Source: Obrimoposthia wandeli (taxonomy: Eukaryota). From it: DNA of 64,000 nucleotides. The position numbers and the translations under genes are program-made. The notes below the pieces were generated by a model. That model had not been told where the DNA came from, ran no database searches, and worked only from the letters and a program-made list of their open reading frames with translations. Below, one piece after another: positions 20,079 through 34,739 of the stretch. Positions within the stretch are counted from its first letter, which is position 1, and the number at the start of each line of letters is the position of its first letter. The DNA lies in the NCBI GenBank assembly GCA_977020255.1, contig CDROCS010001116.1, forward strand, positions 1 to 64,000, written 5' to 3'.

Positions 20079-20838
20079 TTAAGAACAGTTTAGATTTTTT
20101 TACATATTAAATACAAAAATACAGCTTCAATCATTTCATCCATGTAAAGCACACATGTTGGATCTGATAATAGATATAGAAAATAATTTACATGAGCTTT
20201 ATTAAATTTTAGTTTTAAAATAGTTAAATTCAACAGGGAATCAATTGATTCTATCAATCGCGTTTCCAAATATCAATCTGACGTATCCATATGATTATCA
20301 ATATCGTAATTTTTAATAGTCAAGTATTGGTACAAGTATTTTTTACAAAAAAATAATAGTAGTATTCCAAAATATACATGCAGAAAAATACATAATTTCG
20401 AAATTTCAACAACTACTTTTTCACATGGAGTTGTATAAAAATTTGAATATCTTTCACATCGTTCGATCATTAGTATATTACAAACATTGACTTTCATAAT
20501 GAATGTATATGTAGGAAACATTTCCTTGAAAATTAAAGGTATCTCGTTAAAATCAAGTATGGGGTATAAATATATTTATCTGCGTCAAACTGATATAAGA
20601 CATGAACACGATTTAAATTGTTTTGAAATGGGTGAAGTGCTTAGTGTTCATCAAACACGTATTTTAAGTGACAACTCTACAAATATATGCAATTGTTAGT
20701 AATAAAGTTGCACTTAAGTGCTATAATGATAAACGGAATTGGGTATCTAAAAGTAAATATGTGGCTTTTGGCTACTGTAACATCTAAATAAATTATTAAA
20801 AAGTTGTGCGTCATTTTTTTACAATATAAGGGTGTATA

Positions 20839-21018
20839 CAGTAGAGAGCCACTATAAAGGCATATCACTCAGAGGCACATCACTACACATCCACTATTAA
20901 GGCAGATCTGTCTGTCACACAATATTTGACTATCTTTTTAATATCTATCTATTTCAGATCATTATAAAGACAAATTTGTCTGTTGCCTAAGGAGTGCCTT
21001 TATAGCGGTGCTCTACTG
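20839..21018. mobile_element. Tc1/mariner-type MITE (180 bp)
   Basis: Imperfect ~24-bp TIR CAGTAGAG...CTATAAAGGCA with TA flanks. Confidence 0.8.
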
Positions 21019-22177
21019 TATTTTTTTTTCACAAATGTAGGAACTTTTTATTGTACAGATTTTTTTTGTCATCTCACCCTGTCTTTCATTTTATTGTCTG
21101 TGGACAGAGACTCTTATATATTCAATGAATATATATATCTAAAAATATCTTCATACTAACATTTGATTTTTTTAACTAATTAGAATTTATCTCGTAGTAT
21201 ATAAACCATACACTTTATGTTAGCTAATAATTTGATTATGACTCCATTAGAAATATTTCAGGAGTTACAAAAGTACCCCAACCTTTTCAATGGTACGTTA
21301 AATCATAGTTTGAACTGTACATGAATCCAGAGATTATTATTGAGAGAATAAATATCCTTTGTGAATACTATTTCAAAATTTATTTTGTTAAATTTTCAAT
21401 TTAATTTTTTTATTAACTCAAGGTTATTTCAAACCTCAAGATGTTATTATTGAATTAAAAGAAACTGATGATAATGAAGTTGAAAATTTTGATATAATCT
21501 AATACATTTTAGAACTATATAGTTTATGATAAAAGCGTAAATATTGAGTTGGTGCCGTGGTAGCTGTTTGGTATTGCAGGAAAAAGGATTTTATGCGAGG
21601 TAATGGCTACATTAAATTATATAAAAATATATAGGTAATTGAAATAATTGAAATAAAACATTATTCTTAAAATAAATAAACAAAATAAATTTAAACCAAA
21701 ATAATATTGAGTTAAAATAAATTGAAACCAAAAAAGTGAATTAAAATTAAATTGAATCAAAAAAGTAAATTTAAATAATTTAAAAAAAACATTTTTTTAA
21801 AATAAATTAACAAAATAAATTTAAACCAAAATAATATTGAGTTAAAATAAATGGAAACAAAAAAAGTGAATTAAAATTAAATTGAATTAAAAAAAGTAAA
21901 TTTAAATAATTTTAAAAAAAACTTTTTTTCCCTCTTGCAAAAAAACAAAATCTAATATAAAAAACCCATACAAAAAATGTTTAAAATTCGGTTTCTAACG
22001 ATTAAAGAAATCCTTTCTGAAAGTGGGTTTTTCTGGAATAGAAAACCCCATATAAATTAGTGTAAAGTATACTTTCCCAAACACGAGAGCTAGATAACAG
22101 TCCTAATCCTATTCCTCTCCTCTAAAATAAACACATCAGACATGAATCAAAGATTTCATCATCTATTTCGGCTCCAG

Positions 22178-22642
22178 GTTCAAATAATCAGCTGGTTCGA
22201 TGACCCCAAAGACAGGGCACTGCTGGATCTAATTCCGTATTTCGAGCGTATGGCCAACTCGAACTCTGTAATCAACTTCCTGCAGCAAGAGATGACGCCC
22301 CCGACCGCAACGTGGCCAGTGACTGTGACTTCCCAAAGCCTACCATACAACAAGTCAGGAACAGCTGCTGCTTCGATGAGTCCGCCAAGCTTCTCTAACA
22401 GCCCCATAACCAGCGTGTCGCCCACTGACAACCACGCTATTCTGCCTTCAGTCCTCAATAGTCTCTCACCCGCACCTGTCACCACCAAGAGGTTAAGCAA
22501 CTCATCTAAGAATCGATTTGGAAATGTCCCGCCTTCGTTACGATCGCTCTTCTCACGCTCGTCCAAGCCACAGTTATCATCTACTGAAAGTACCCAGCAT
22601 GTAAACCAGTTGCATCTATCTTCTGGTAAATCATCTTTTAAG
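22178..22642 (+). CDS. CTDSP: CTD small phosphatase (SCP/NIF family), penultimate exon
   Basis: Acceptor ctccag|GTT and donor AAG|gtatga. VQIISWFDDPKDRALLDLIPYFE matches the C-terminal end of the CTDSP1/2/L phosphatase domain and is followed by a Ser/Pro-rich extension. Confidence 0.85.
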
Positions 22643-22821
22643 GTATGAAAAAACTCTATATAACGTTAAGTTTTTACTTTACTAAATATTTAACAAATAA
22701 TATTTTTGAAAATAAGAATTTTTCGATCATTTTTATATTCGAAAAGTAATCAATTATTTTAGCATACCATATGCGGCTTAAGCTCCTACATATATCAAAC
22801 TTAATAAGTTTCACTTATAAG

Positions 22822-23196
22822 TAGGGCAACCAAAATGCATATTTTGCATATATTGCATATTTTCTGTGTTTTGGTAATCATTGCATATTTTCTGTGTTTT
22901 GGTAAAAAAATGCATATTTTGCATATTTTTGTTTAAATAAATAAATTATTAGTAATAAAAGGCAATAATTTTTAAGGTTCATTAGTAATGATTGTAATGA
23001 TAGTAAAATTTTTTCTGGAAATTTCACTCAAAACATGTCGTACCCCCTAAATTAGGGACAAATTTAGACGAATCGTCGTGAAAATTCGGTCATTTTCGGT
23101 CAATATTCGGTCAAAAAATGCATATTTTTCTGCATATTTTTGGAAAAAAATGTGCATATTTCGCATAAAAATATGCGCATAATATTGGTTGCCCTA
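22822..23196. mobile_element. hAT-type MITE (375 bp)
   Basis: TIR TAGGGCAACCAA / TTGGTTGCCCTA with an 8-bp target-site duplication CTTATAAG. Confidence 0.92.
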
Positions 23197-24954
23197 CTTA
23201 TAAGCCTTTATTTTTAGTAAATTAAAATATATTTATAAATTTGTTTGAGTGTACAGGTTGTCTAGACAAAGCTAGCCTTTTTTGGAAATATTAATAGAAT
23301 CTATGTCGAAATAACTATTAACAAAATCACAAACTTTACTTTTTCAGAAAACATCTAACATTAAAATTAGAGCTTTACAACTTTAAACATTACAAATTAA
23401 AAAAATACAACAAATCAAAAAATAATATTACAAATTTTTAAACTTACTTATAGTGAGAGCTTTTTATACGAGCTAATAAAAAAAGCTGTAATTATACTTT
23501 TTACTTTAAAATGTTTTTATTAGCTTTTTGTTTTCATATTAAATAATATTTTTAAAAATCTTAATGTTTAACCCGAGAAACGTGCAATTTTGAAAATAAA
23601 TCTGAAATGAAAATAAACTTTATTTACGTAAAAATAAACTTACATCTAATAGATACCTGGACTAAACGAAAAATATTCCGTTTTTAAGTTTTGATAAAAC
23701 AAATGAATTTCTGGACAAAAAACCTTAGAATGAATATCATTCAAATTACCAAAATGGTCATGTGATTATTTATATCAATTACTAATTTAAAACAATTTTT
23801 TAAAATAATTATATAATCTTTATTATAATTTGTATATAACAATTAAATTATAAAGATTTAAGTATCTTGTTTATAATTTATAAACGTATTTTTTATAACA
23901 GTGTAATAGTAATAATAATTTAAAAGAATTAATGAACACATAAACATAGTTTTTTATCAATAATATTGGAAAAATTAATATATTTTTTAATTATTTTTCA
24001 GTAATTGCCTGGATTTCGATTCATGTTAATGTCAAGTGACTGGGTATAGAGTTTTTAACCGAAGTTGACCAAAGTTATAAGAAAATTTGTATACTGATTT
24101 TCACTATTACAAAATAAAATACCCATGTTATATTAGGAAAAGTAAAATATAATTAGAAAATATGTTTTTTTATAATAAGAATTTAATTTTAAATAGTAAA
24201 GGTTCAAATAAAAAATATGTTAGAAAAAAATTTAAAATATGTGTTAAATAAATTGAAACCTTGAAAAGGTCATAAAATGTGTATATAATGATCAGAACAA
24301 TGTTCAAAAAGACAGGAAAAATTAGAAAATAGAAGTGAAAACGAGACACAAAAGTGCAATCTAATATTAGAAATTCTTGCGCGATCGGAATCTTTTAATT
24401 CAATTTTTCAAAGAGATTAATAAGTAGGTAACCTTTATTTAACTCTATCACATTAATGACACACATTATTATGTAGTACACTTTAATATAGATAAAATAT
24501 ATAATTTGTCAAAATCACTTAATATCCCATTTCTTTTTAAATCCATAAACCCATCGAAGTTTTCATCCTCTGTATCTTAGTTTAACAATTGGGAGATTTC
24601 GGCAACAGGTATGCCTGGATCCTTGTCGTTATAATACGAGTCAGAATCGTTGCTTTTACCTGGCTATTCAGTATTGATTCCGGCCTTCACAAAACATATT
24701 GTCGATTTTGAAGGAAATTAAAGTATTTTGAGTGCGTCTTATTGTCTGGAAAATACGGTGCATTGTTTATACAGATACAGTATGTCTAATTTGACTGTTC
24801 AATCATCATAAGCTCGTTGACAGCTTCTGACTGGCTCCTATAATTCAATAAATTGAAAGACAGACAGAAATACATACAAATATCTGCCTCACAATGTTCA
24901 GTAACCTAGGCAAATAACTAGCTACCCTTTAATAGCTTTTGACAAACATTTACA

Positions 24955-25985
24955 AGGGCTGAGTTTCTAATTGAAACTCTTTGATTAGATCCTCGTATGG
25001 AGGGCCACAACGTGAGTTCTGTAGCGATAGGACTTACAGATAGATGTGGCCTACCTGTTCTTTTCTTACTTCATTCTAGTCTCAAATCTGAAGGTTTTTT
25101 GTGTCTTATTGTCTTGTAGTAAGTTCAAAGAGTTATGTTCACAGAATAGTTAGTGGGACCCCAAAACTAGTGTTGTGTGATGTAGCGTAGGTGGATCGTT
25201 TATCCGCTGAGTTAGCTTTTTACGTCGGAAGGGTCTGGCAACACCAAGACCGAATATCAATTAAACAGAGCCAGGGCCAATCTACGTAGACAATACTCCT
25301 CTGAATCTGTCAGAACGTGGAATATTGTTCCGTGTGTTGTCTCTTGGCTAAACTATATCTTAGGGGGCACACGAATTTCACAAGGGAATTAACTCGTTAT
25401 GAATCTTCGATCGATTTCGCTAGAATAACTATATTTAAATTATCACACTTAGAACTTCCTAAAATTACTCCAGAAATACACAATAGGGTTGATACTTTTC
25501 TATGCGTATATTTTATACGCCCCCTGCTTTAATCACCTTTCAAATTATTCCCCGTACCTTACTACCCGTTTATCGAACTCTTTACTATACTATACTATCG
25601 GTTACAATTTCAAATGATGTTTTCTAAATCAATAACGCTTTAAAATTTAAACTATGTTTATTAAATCCGTAACACTTAAATTCCAGTGATGTTTTCAAAT
25701 CAGTGACGTTTTTCAATTCAATTATGTTTACTTAACAAAGCGTTTTAAATTCAAAACGTAATTTTACTCAATAGCTTTTCAATTCAAAATGTGACTTTAT
25801 TCAATAGCTTTTTAATTTAAAATGTGATTTTATTCAATAGCTTTTTAATTCAAAATGTGACTTTATTCAATGGCTTTTCAATTCAAACTGTGACTTTATG
25901 CAATAGCTTTTCAATTCAAATGTAATTTTATGCAATAGCTTTTCAATTCAAATGTGACTTTATTCAATAGCTTTTTAATTCAAAT
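24955..25985 (-). repeat. Truncated LTR related to 58478-59935
   Basis: Collinear similarity over ~600 bp with the solo LTR, followed by ~33-bp tandem repeats. Confidence 0.8.
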
Positions 25986-27625
25986 TCTGAGAATCTGTAT
26001 ATTGTAATTTACGAGAATTTTAATGAATAAGCGTTTGAAAAAAATATGAAAGTCTAATGTTACTTTTAGGTAATGAGCTTTCTGAAATAAAAATGTACAA
26101 GACATATTACCATCTAAACTTCTTTCAAATATGAAATTTTACAAAAAAAGAAATATAACAATAAATTTACGAAATTGTCACTAGATTGCAAATTGCTGGT
26201 ACAACTTATAATATTTGTATTTCATTCCATGTATAACGACTATTCCTCAAACAGCAAAATTGCTTCTTCTCAAAGTATCCAAATGTTGAATAACTTCAAT
26301 AGTTTTGACAAAATTTATTAATTAAATTGAAATTTTCTTCGATTTGAGGATTTTAACTTATTTAAATTTAGTATTTTATATTATAAGTAGTTAAGACATT
26401 ACAAATAACTTTATTTTAATTGTTTGTAAAAAATAGTTTGTGAATCTGTAAATTTTAAAGTTAGACGTTTACTGAAAAACTAAAGTTAGTGTTTTTGTCA
26501 ATAGTTATTAATTAGTTCTATTAATATTAATCATATTTATTTCAGTTCGTAATGAAGCCTTATTGATGTTATACTGCAACTTATCTAATGAATTATCCAA
26601 ACTTTACAAATAAAGAAATTGAAACGATAGTTACATACTCCATTGCATATGATTAAGAGAGCTCAATTACTAAGAAGAAACTGATAAGGAAACTCCTGCA
26701 AATACTACACAAGTTTGTAAGAAACGTTTTAAGAAAACTATCTGTTTTACCAAAATTAAAATCGCATTATAATCGACTGAATTAAATTCCAGACCAAGTA
26801 AAGGCAAATATTGTCACAGCTTTGAGAGATGACAGTTGTAAATCCAAACATAATCTTTTCGTCAGTTCAATGTTTCTTTGCGTTCTGTTAATAATATGAT
26901 TAAAGACCATGGTTTTAAGGCTTATATAATACAGAATGGTGCAGCAATTAAAGAAAGTTGACTTACCTAAACGACTTACATTTTACAAACTAGTTATCAG
27001 TACAAAATAATAATATTCAGTGACGAAACAATGCTACATATTATTGGCATTACTATACAATGGAAAATGAACACAGGCTTCACAGAGAAACTTCTAAATT
27101 CCAATTTCATAATCATTCTGGCATTGATTCTCTCACGATTATTTTAAACTATGAATTGAGATCGTTAAGTGGACACTATTCGAGATATTGCTATTCCTTC
27201 TCTCTAATATTTGATATATTCAACCTGTTTACCAACAAAAGCTTCCGTGAATTCGAGGAGTGCTGAATACTGGATTAAAATATCGCTGTATTGGGATGTT
27301 TGATTAAATAAGAATTTTTAATTATTTTTAATTGGGTACTAATGTACCCCAAAACACATTGAAATCATAACTCTCCAATTCTTCAAGACTATCAATCATG
27401 GCGTGCTATTATAAGATTAAAATTTGTATATCCAATAAAGAAGATAAAAATCATTTAGAGATATAGGCAAACGTTGTCAGCAGCTGATTTTGCAAAAATA
27501 GAATATGTGCTTTTTAATCAGACTAATGCCAATTTTCAATTTTAACATTATTTATAATTTATGAGAAATTTGCATTGAAATGTTTTAAGGATAATTCATT
27601 TTTTGACGAGAAATACATTTTGTAG

Positions 27626-28000
27626 AGAAGCTCTCGATCTTCGATGCAAAACTCAGTGACAACGGATATCAACCCCCAGGCCAAGATGTTACCCTCCAAA
27701 GAGAACCCCTCTATAGCTGGTAGCAGTAATGCTAAGTTGACACCACAGGTCACTATGTTGTCTGGGCGAGAGATGCGTCCGACACTGACAAATTCCACCA
27801 GCAATCCATCAGCTTTCACTCCGCCCATTAAGCAGAAGCTCAACTCTGCCGACATCTTCTCGCCACGCTACGACAGTATGCGCCTGTCACTTCCCAGCAG
27901 CATATACCAGCGCCGCCTCCATTACGATTACGAGCGCATGCGCTCCTTTTGGAACATGAACCGAAGCAAGCGACATCTGCCCCGCAACTACCAAGTATGA
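27626..28000 (+). CDS. CTDSP: Probable last exon of the CTD small phosphatase gene
   Basis: GC-rich island with acceptor tttgtag|AGA in phase 0, matching the previous donor. Ends in TGA. Confidence 0.65.
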   Translation, partial: RSSRSSMQNSVTTDINPQAKMLPSKENPSIAGSSNAKLTPQVTMLSGREMRPTLTNSTSNPSAFTPPIKQKLNSADIFSPRYDSMRLSLPSSIYQRRLHYDYERMRSFWNMNRSKRHLPRNYQV

Positions 28001-29744
28001 ATGTTGCTACTTCTTTCTTCCTTTCTCCACACTCGTTGTCTTCCACAAGACTTTCTGTTTCATTAAAAAGTAATTGTTTTATTTGATTTTTAGTTTTCTT
28101 TCAACAGATATGTTACATTTTGTTTTTATGCTGGTTTCCTTAATTTATTTTTACCGATATGACATTTCGAATCATTCAGTTTATTCTTTTTTTATAATTC
28201 GGGTTACAAATCTGTTCACTTTTGAGTGCTTATTTTTATTCTGAAGTTCGTCAAAAATGTATATTAATAATTTAGTTTAAATTTTAAATTTGGAATAAAA
28301 ATAAATTTCAGGTTAAAATATTAATTTTATCAGTTTTTGTTATGATTTATGACATTTTGGTACGGAAAATTTCGAAAATTATTTCCCGAAAAAATATATA
28401 ACATTTTCTTAAATTTGTTGATATATTAAATTTATACTACATATTTGAAACATATTACTAATTTTAAAATATTAGAGTAAAAAATTAACTTAACTAGATT
28501 TAAAAAGCCATTGAAATAAAATAAAGTGGCTTAAAATATAAACAAAATAAAGATAATTTGAACATGATTTGAAATATGTAACAATTGTTATCGGAATGGA
28601 AAATTATGATAATAATAATGAGCCGAGAATGCCAGCCAAAAATTAAACTCTAATTACTAAGTCCAGTATGAAGAGCACTTATTATAGGTGTATTTATATT
28701 AATTTATACATTTATTTGACTTTTACTTATCACGTATATTTTTGTTTAGTATCCAATTCAAATATGTATTTTTATTAATACAATCCATGCAGCTACATCG
28801 TTAATATATTATTGTAATCAGTTTCTTTTAACGACTGATGTATTTTATAATTTGACCTCTAAATCTACAGAGCCTAATTTTGTATTGCTCGAAATTTTAT
28901 TTTTCTACCACATAATTACCTCTATCACGTGGTACAGCAACAGTAAAATAAATACTTTTGCTAAATACAAATATAAATGAAAAAAAATGACTTACTAAAT
29001 TTTATTTTTAATTTAAATAAGATAATCAGAAGAAATAAGAGTTTTATGTAAAATATAGGGAAAATGGAAGTTAACAAGTGATTTGAAAAAAACAATATCC
29101 AAGTAAGACAGAACATGAAAAATGGCACACGATAATCAAATGGTAGGAGCTTTATTGTTTATCTAGAGCTTAAAATATAATAATTAGATAATTCAAAAAA
29201 TCAATTCTAAATACAGTCAAGCCGGTAGTTGATTCTTTGTATATAAATGTGACTTCTTATTTCATTCACTGGAACATGTGTTCTCAAACTAGAGATCGCT
29301 AGTAATTACCCTTAGGGGTAATCAAATAATTTCTCGGAAATAATAAAAATGTTTTTGTCAGTAATGTATATATTTTTTTGCATTTTTAACTAGGATAAAT
29401 AAAATAGATTGTCGCAAATAATAATGAACAATATTTTAATACATCAGCTGATATAATATTGTGTAAAATTTGCTTAATGTTAACCTTTTCATGATTATTT
29501 TCCATATTTCTTATTTTTGACAAATTCTAACATCTTTGTTCAAAAAAGGGGTTTTAATTTTGATAATTTACAGAAAACTGTTTCTGCTGTTATATCATTT
29601 GATTGGAATTGATTGTTATTTGAAATTCCTTTTGAACATCCAGCCTTTTGACGAATAGGGCTAAAAAGCAAACATACAAGGATGCCTTCCTTGACAAAGG
29701 CGTTGTTAAACCACAATTTGTTCTTTGATTTGATATTCTCCTTC

Positions 29745-31386
29745 AAGAAGCCCGGTTAATTGAAAGCCTATATATAGTGTTGAGACCAAAGTTGTATCAC
29801 TTCTTAGGGAAGCATCTGGTGCGTGAGTTCTTAAGAGAAATAGGACTTGTGTGGAAGGCCTATCTTGAGTGTCTCAAATGTCTGAAAGTTACTTTGTTTA
29901 TTGTTATAATTTAACTGTGTTCAGTCAAATATTAACGTATAGTGTCGGGATTTTTCTAAATATTGGTCTACACCTAATGTGGGATACGAATCTATAAATG
30001 ACTTCTTATGTAGAAGATTTGTACCCGATTACATATATATGTATTCAAATTAGATCGTTTGACAATATCTATTTCACGGTCAACACACTAAAGAATCATT
30101 TATGTGCGTTTATCAAAATGTTTATTGATCGCTCTCAATACAAAATTAATTCAATTTACTCAACACATTATCACTGACAAATATAGATATCAATAACAAA
30201 CACGTGAATGAGAATAACAAATAATTTTATTAAAATATGTTCAAAAAAATAAATGGAAAGATTAAATGAAAATATTAAAAGTGTGTAAACAAATTATATT
30301 TCTACGGGCTTGTCTAGATGTGTCTGGCTGTACATATTGTCGCTGTTACGTTGTTTTTATAGGTAGTGTTTTTATTTTACAGTTATAGGCTAAAGATTTT
30401 TTCCAGATTTTATTTTAAGGAAATGGAACCACTGTGGTTCAATTACTAGTATAGCTGAATTTTCCGAGTGATTTTAAACGTATTTTACAAATAAATTTAA
30501 ATTAATCATAATTGAACTACTCGCCAAGGCTTGGGAAGATTGGATTCTGGATCGTTCGTACTTTGAAATTGCTGAACTTGTGGAAACGGTTTCTGATATT
30601 GTTTTCTGTTAATAGACTTGCTGATTTTGTTTCTGTTGTCTTTCCTTGCTACTGTTTATAAATATAAATTTTAATATTTAAACTAAAACTAGACTATAAA
30701 ATTTTTCTAAAAGAAATTCACACGTAACTTATTCTGCGAACGGTGACACGTTCCCTAGTCTTTTCACTATAATTTGAACTCGATAATTTAAATTCCACAA
30801 ACTCCTGTTTTGGCTATAGTTCTTTAATGTGACAGCTCTTATGACGATAGAATTACACTACTCGACTTTACTATGAATAATTACGCAATTCGCTTTACTA
30901 TGTCGAACGATTACCAAATTACACAATGTTACACAATTCACTTTATTATGAATGGTTATCAAATTTCACAATATTACACAATTCAGTTACTATGAATTAT
31001 TTCCAAATTACACAATGTTGTACAATTCACTTTACTATGAAGAATTATCATAATTTCACAATATTACACAATTAAATTTTTTATATCAAAACTTTACGTG
31101 TTCGATTTCTTACCAATTTTTGTCAATGGCTCCTCAGTTTACGTAGTGCCGAAATATCCACGCTTGAATCCTCTGTATGGGCTAACCCGAGCTGTCTTCG
31201 CTTGAACTCTCCTTTTATGGTGGGTCGTACTTTCTGTGGCTAAATCCTCCGTTTACGCTTACCCTACTTTATTGATTGTTTCTTATTCGTCTTTCTATTT
31301 ATCGAGTTTATTTTTGCACTTTTCACCAATTTCGTATTTCACTTTTCCACGGCCCTTTTTTGACATTTTTCATGTTTTTATCAACA
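29745..31386 (-). repeat. Diverged LTR-like relic
   Basis: Shares CGTGAGTTC, GGCCTA and GTCTCA..TCTGAA motifs with the other LTRs. Has internal tandem repeats, a sense ATAAAAGG and ends in AACA. The left boundary is unclear. Confidence 0.4.
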
Positions 31387-31614
31387 TACCTTACAACCTC
31401 TTCAAGCTCTCATTTCACATTACATATTTTGGATCACGTCTGAGTTATTTTCACTGTAAAAGTAGTTGCTTATTTAGCTGAGTTACCCTCCATAAAAAAT
31501 ACAAGTCTGAGTTACCCCCCAAAATTGTTAGTTGTTTTGCTTTATTCAAAAAAAAATAATTTAATAAAAAAACTAAAATTCTAAAAATTTACTTTTATTC
31601 AATTAAAATAAACT

Positions 31615-32283
31615 TCAAAAACTCTTCCACATTACCTCGGCCAAAATAATCGTACCAGAGGAACTCATTAAGAAATTCATTCCTTTTAATTCCCAAGACA
31701 CTTTTTTTTCCTTAATAGCTAAGGTTTTATAACTAGCAAATTTATCAGTATGGATGATACTGCCATGTTTTACAACCTTGGAAATAATGGGAATGATTGT
31801 GGTTTTGGTTCTGTTCGGTAATAAACAACAAAAACCTTTGGCTGGGGTCGTAGATGTATCAACAATACACAACACTCATGTTTGACTTCTTGGAGCTCTT
31901 CCTCGATGGGTTTTAACTGTATGGTTAACCATCACTTCATCAACCTGGACAATATAACCTGGCCCACCGAGAATGATTGGATTTTTCATGAAATGTGTAT
32001 CAATTTGTTTATTGAAACGTTTCTTAATTTTCAGAATTGAATGTCTTGCCATTCCAACATAGTTTTCAATTTCAATCAATTTACGTTTGTTACAAAGGTG
32101 TCCTAAAACTACTAAAATGTTCTTCAAAAATTTTTGAACATTAAAAAAAACCGAATTGGTTTTTACACTAATGGTTGTTTGAAATTTCATATTTCTAAGG
32201 TTAAGACACCTCCAATTGTATCCATCACAATTATCTTTGGCGGGTTTCAATATCATAAGAACTTCACAATACTTACAGGACAT
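31615..32283 (-). mobile_element. Merlin/ISXO2-like transposase remnant
   Basis: CKYC...YNWRC, LGGPGYIVQVDE, HRGR, IIPII...V.HGSIIHTDKFASY. Confidence 0.85.
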
Positions 32284-33821
32284 GTTTAACTTTATTAATC
32301 ATAGTGTCATTGCAAATTGAACGATTTCCTCGTTTTGCGACCTTTCTACCTTGAATAAAAATTCATATAATAACATTTGGGTGGATTTTTAAAATAATTT
32401 TAAAATCAATTAATTTATTAATCAATTACTAACTAACTCAAACCCTCCCGTTTAATCCTACGGATTAAACCTCCGGATTTATCCTTAGGATAGGACCTAC
32501 GGTCCCTAACTAACTAACTAAATATTCATTTTCTTTTTAATATTTATATTTTTATAAATAAGTATATTTTTTCTGTTGTTTAGTTTTTTTTTTTTGTTCA
32601 AAAAAATACAAGTCTGAGATTTGGTCCCATATTTCAATATTCATTTTAACAAACCTATTTTTAATTTAAATTTATTTTACCTTGTGTGTTTTTTATGGTT
32701 AAATTCCTACTATAAATAAGAATATTATTTATTTGTATTTTAATTATTTTCTTATTTTAACAATCCCATTGAAAACATATAGGGTTTATGTAATCATGTT
32801 TTAATCAAAGGTTTATGTAATCATGTTTACGCAAGGTAATCAATACAAACAAAAGCTATTAATCAAGTATGAAGATATTAGCAGAAATACATAGAGTATG
32901 ATTGATGGAGTTTTCCAAAGTATTATGAAAAAAGAGGTATAACCAAATACTAATGTAATTTAATTAAATTTATATTTATCGTTTATGTCTTTAAAGGTGT
33001 TTTTATATATATAAAACAGTATATTTTGATGAATTTTAATTAAAGATATTTTGGCAAAATATGTTTACAGTTAGGATATAAATAAAATTTAGTGTTAGGT
33101 TTGGTTCTTAAAAAATTGAAATAATTTGAAACAAAATATATAAAGTAATAAAAATCACATTCTTAACTGTCTAAATTTAGATGTTACTGTATTTTATTTA
33201 ATTGTTTTTAACAATTCTCAGAAGCATTTTGGATGTTCAATCTGTAACATTTTATCTTCCCACTAGTAAATTAGAAATTTATGGTAAACGTTTTCGCTAC
33301 TCAACTTATAGAATGGTAAAGCGTTGGTAAAGTGTAACAAGAATTTTGAGGGGGCTATAATTGAATTATACACAACCTTATTAATTCCACATTTTTAAAA
33401 TCTGTTCATTGGAAGAGATATTTAGTGATTCTGTAAGTACAATGCCATTTTAGTTTTAAAGATTATAGCTTCCATTAAAAAGTTTCGACAATACTTTCTC
33501 AGATATCTTTATTGATTAAGGATAATAATAAATTAGATTTATAATATTAAAAAATCACAATAAGATAAATCAAAGCTTTCAAATATCGGTAAATGATGTC
33601 GATAACAGCCAAATAATCGCTTTAATTAAAATGAAATATCACACAGAAACGAATAATAATAAAAAATACAACTGAATTGATATTGAAAGACGGAAAGAGA
33701 AGTTGAAAGAGCTAAAAAAGACTTGAAGGGTGGAATAAAAACTGAAAAAATAAAGCTGAAAAGGGAAAGGAAGTAATGTGGCAACAGTTGGACGATAGAA
33801 TGGTACACATCGTCGCTGTGC

Positions 33822-34100
33822 TCAGACATTGACTAGTGACCCCATCTGTTGGTCCATGGGCCACTCTCCGACCAGCTTGCAGTCTTTAGGCTTTTGGACC
33901 TTAAGACGTCTGTTCTGGGCCATGTCAGTGAGCCAGGTCTCCCAGGGTACGATGATCTGCTTCGGTGGCACCAGGATCTTCAATTTCTCGTTAGGGTCCC
34001 TCGGATACCAGATGAGACTTTGAGCCGCATTACAATGTGGTGGACTGAGCGCTGATAGCGGCAGTGGCTTACACGTTTCCAGAACGTACGGACTCTCTTC
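33822..34100 (-). CDS. FAM78: FAM78 family gene, last exon
   Basis: Acceptor gtccag|GAA in phase 0. PLPLSAL..PHCNAAQSLIWYP...LVPPK matches FAM78 PIPPSAL..PNANDAQVLMWRP...VIPPK. Confidence 0.88.
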   Translation of the reverse strand, partial: EESPYVLETCKPLPLSALSPPHCNAAQSLIWYPRDPNEKLKILVPPKQIIVPWETWLTDMAQNRRLKVQKPKDCKLVGEWPMDQQMGSLVNV

Positions 34101-34739
34101 CTGGACGTAGAGTTGAGGTCTTAGGTTTGGAATAAATATTTTGAACAAATGCATAATCTAAATTGATCTACACAAACAATATAATTAATTACGTCAAAGA
34201 ATAGCTAAATATTCGAATTGGTGTAACAAAAAATCAATGAGATGTTTCTTATATAATTTTTTTAATCGAAAAGGAACTGTTAACGTCAGTGTTTTCAACA
34301 TAAAACTAAAATTAAATGTTCTTAAGAATATATAGAAAATAACGATTTTTTAAATCTACATGTATTTTCAAACTGGCGAACATTATGGCTCAGTTTCTGC
34401 TTACAGTAGTAATCAGTAAAGCGACAGTTATTGATAAATATTTGTGCGCAGTCTTGTTAAAGTGTTTTCTTTAGTTGATTGACTATTGCCGGTTTTATCA
34501 TACATTTTATTTTTAGTGTCCCTAAAAATGTCTAGAGATGTTTAACTCATATGTTCGGTGGCGTTGGATGCTAAAATTATTGAAAATAAAAGTCATCGTC
34601 GTCAAAGATATTTTCAATTCATTGCATAATATATTGTTGCAGCAAGTGTATATTTTGGGTACATACAATCGCCGTCATTCAATTGTCTTTTTTTAATTTT
34701 ATTAAAAATACTTTTAGATAAACTTTAAATACTTTAAAA

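Noticed and set aside
22180-22566. 128-aa minus-strand ORF (likewise 38492-38866 on +)
   Set aside because: Antisense to well-supported GC-rich host exons.
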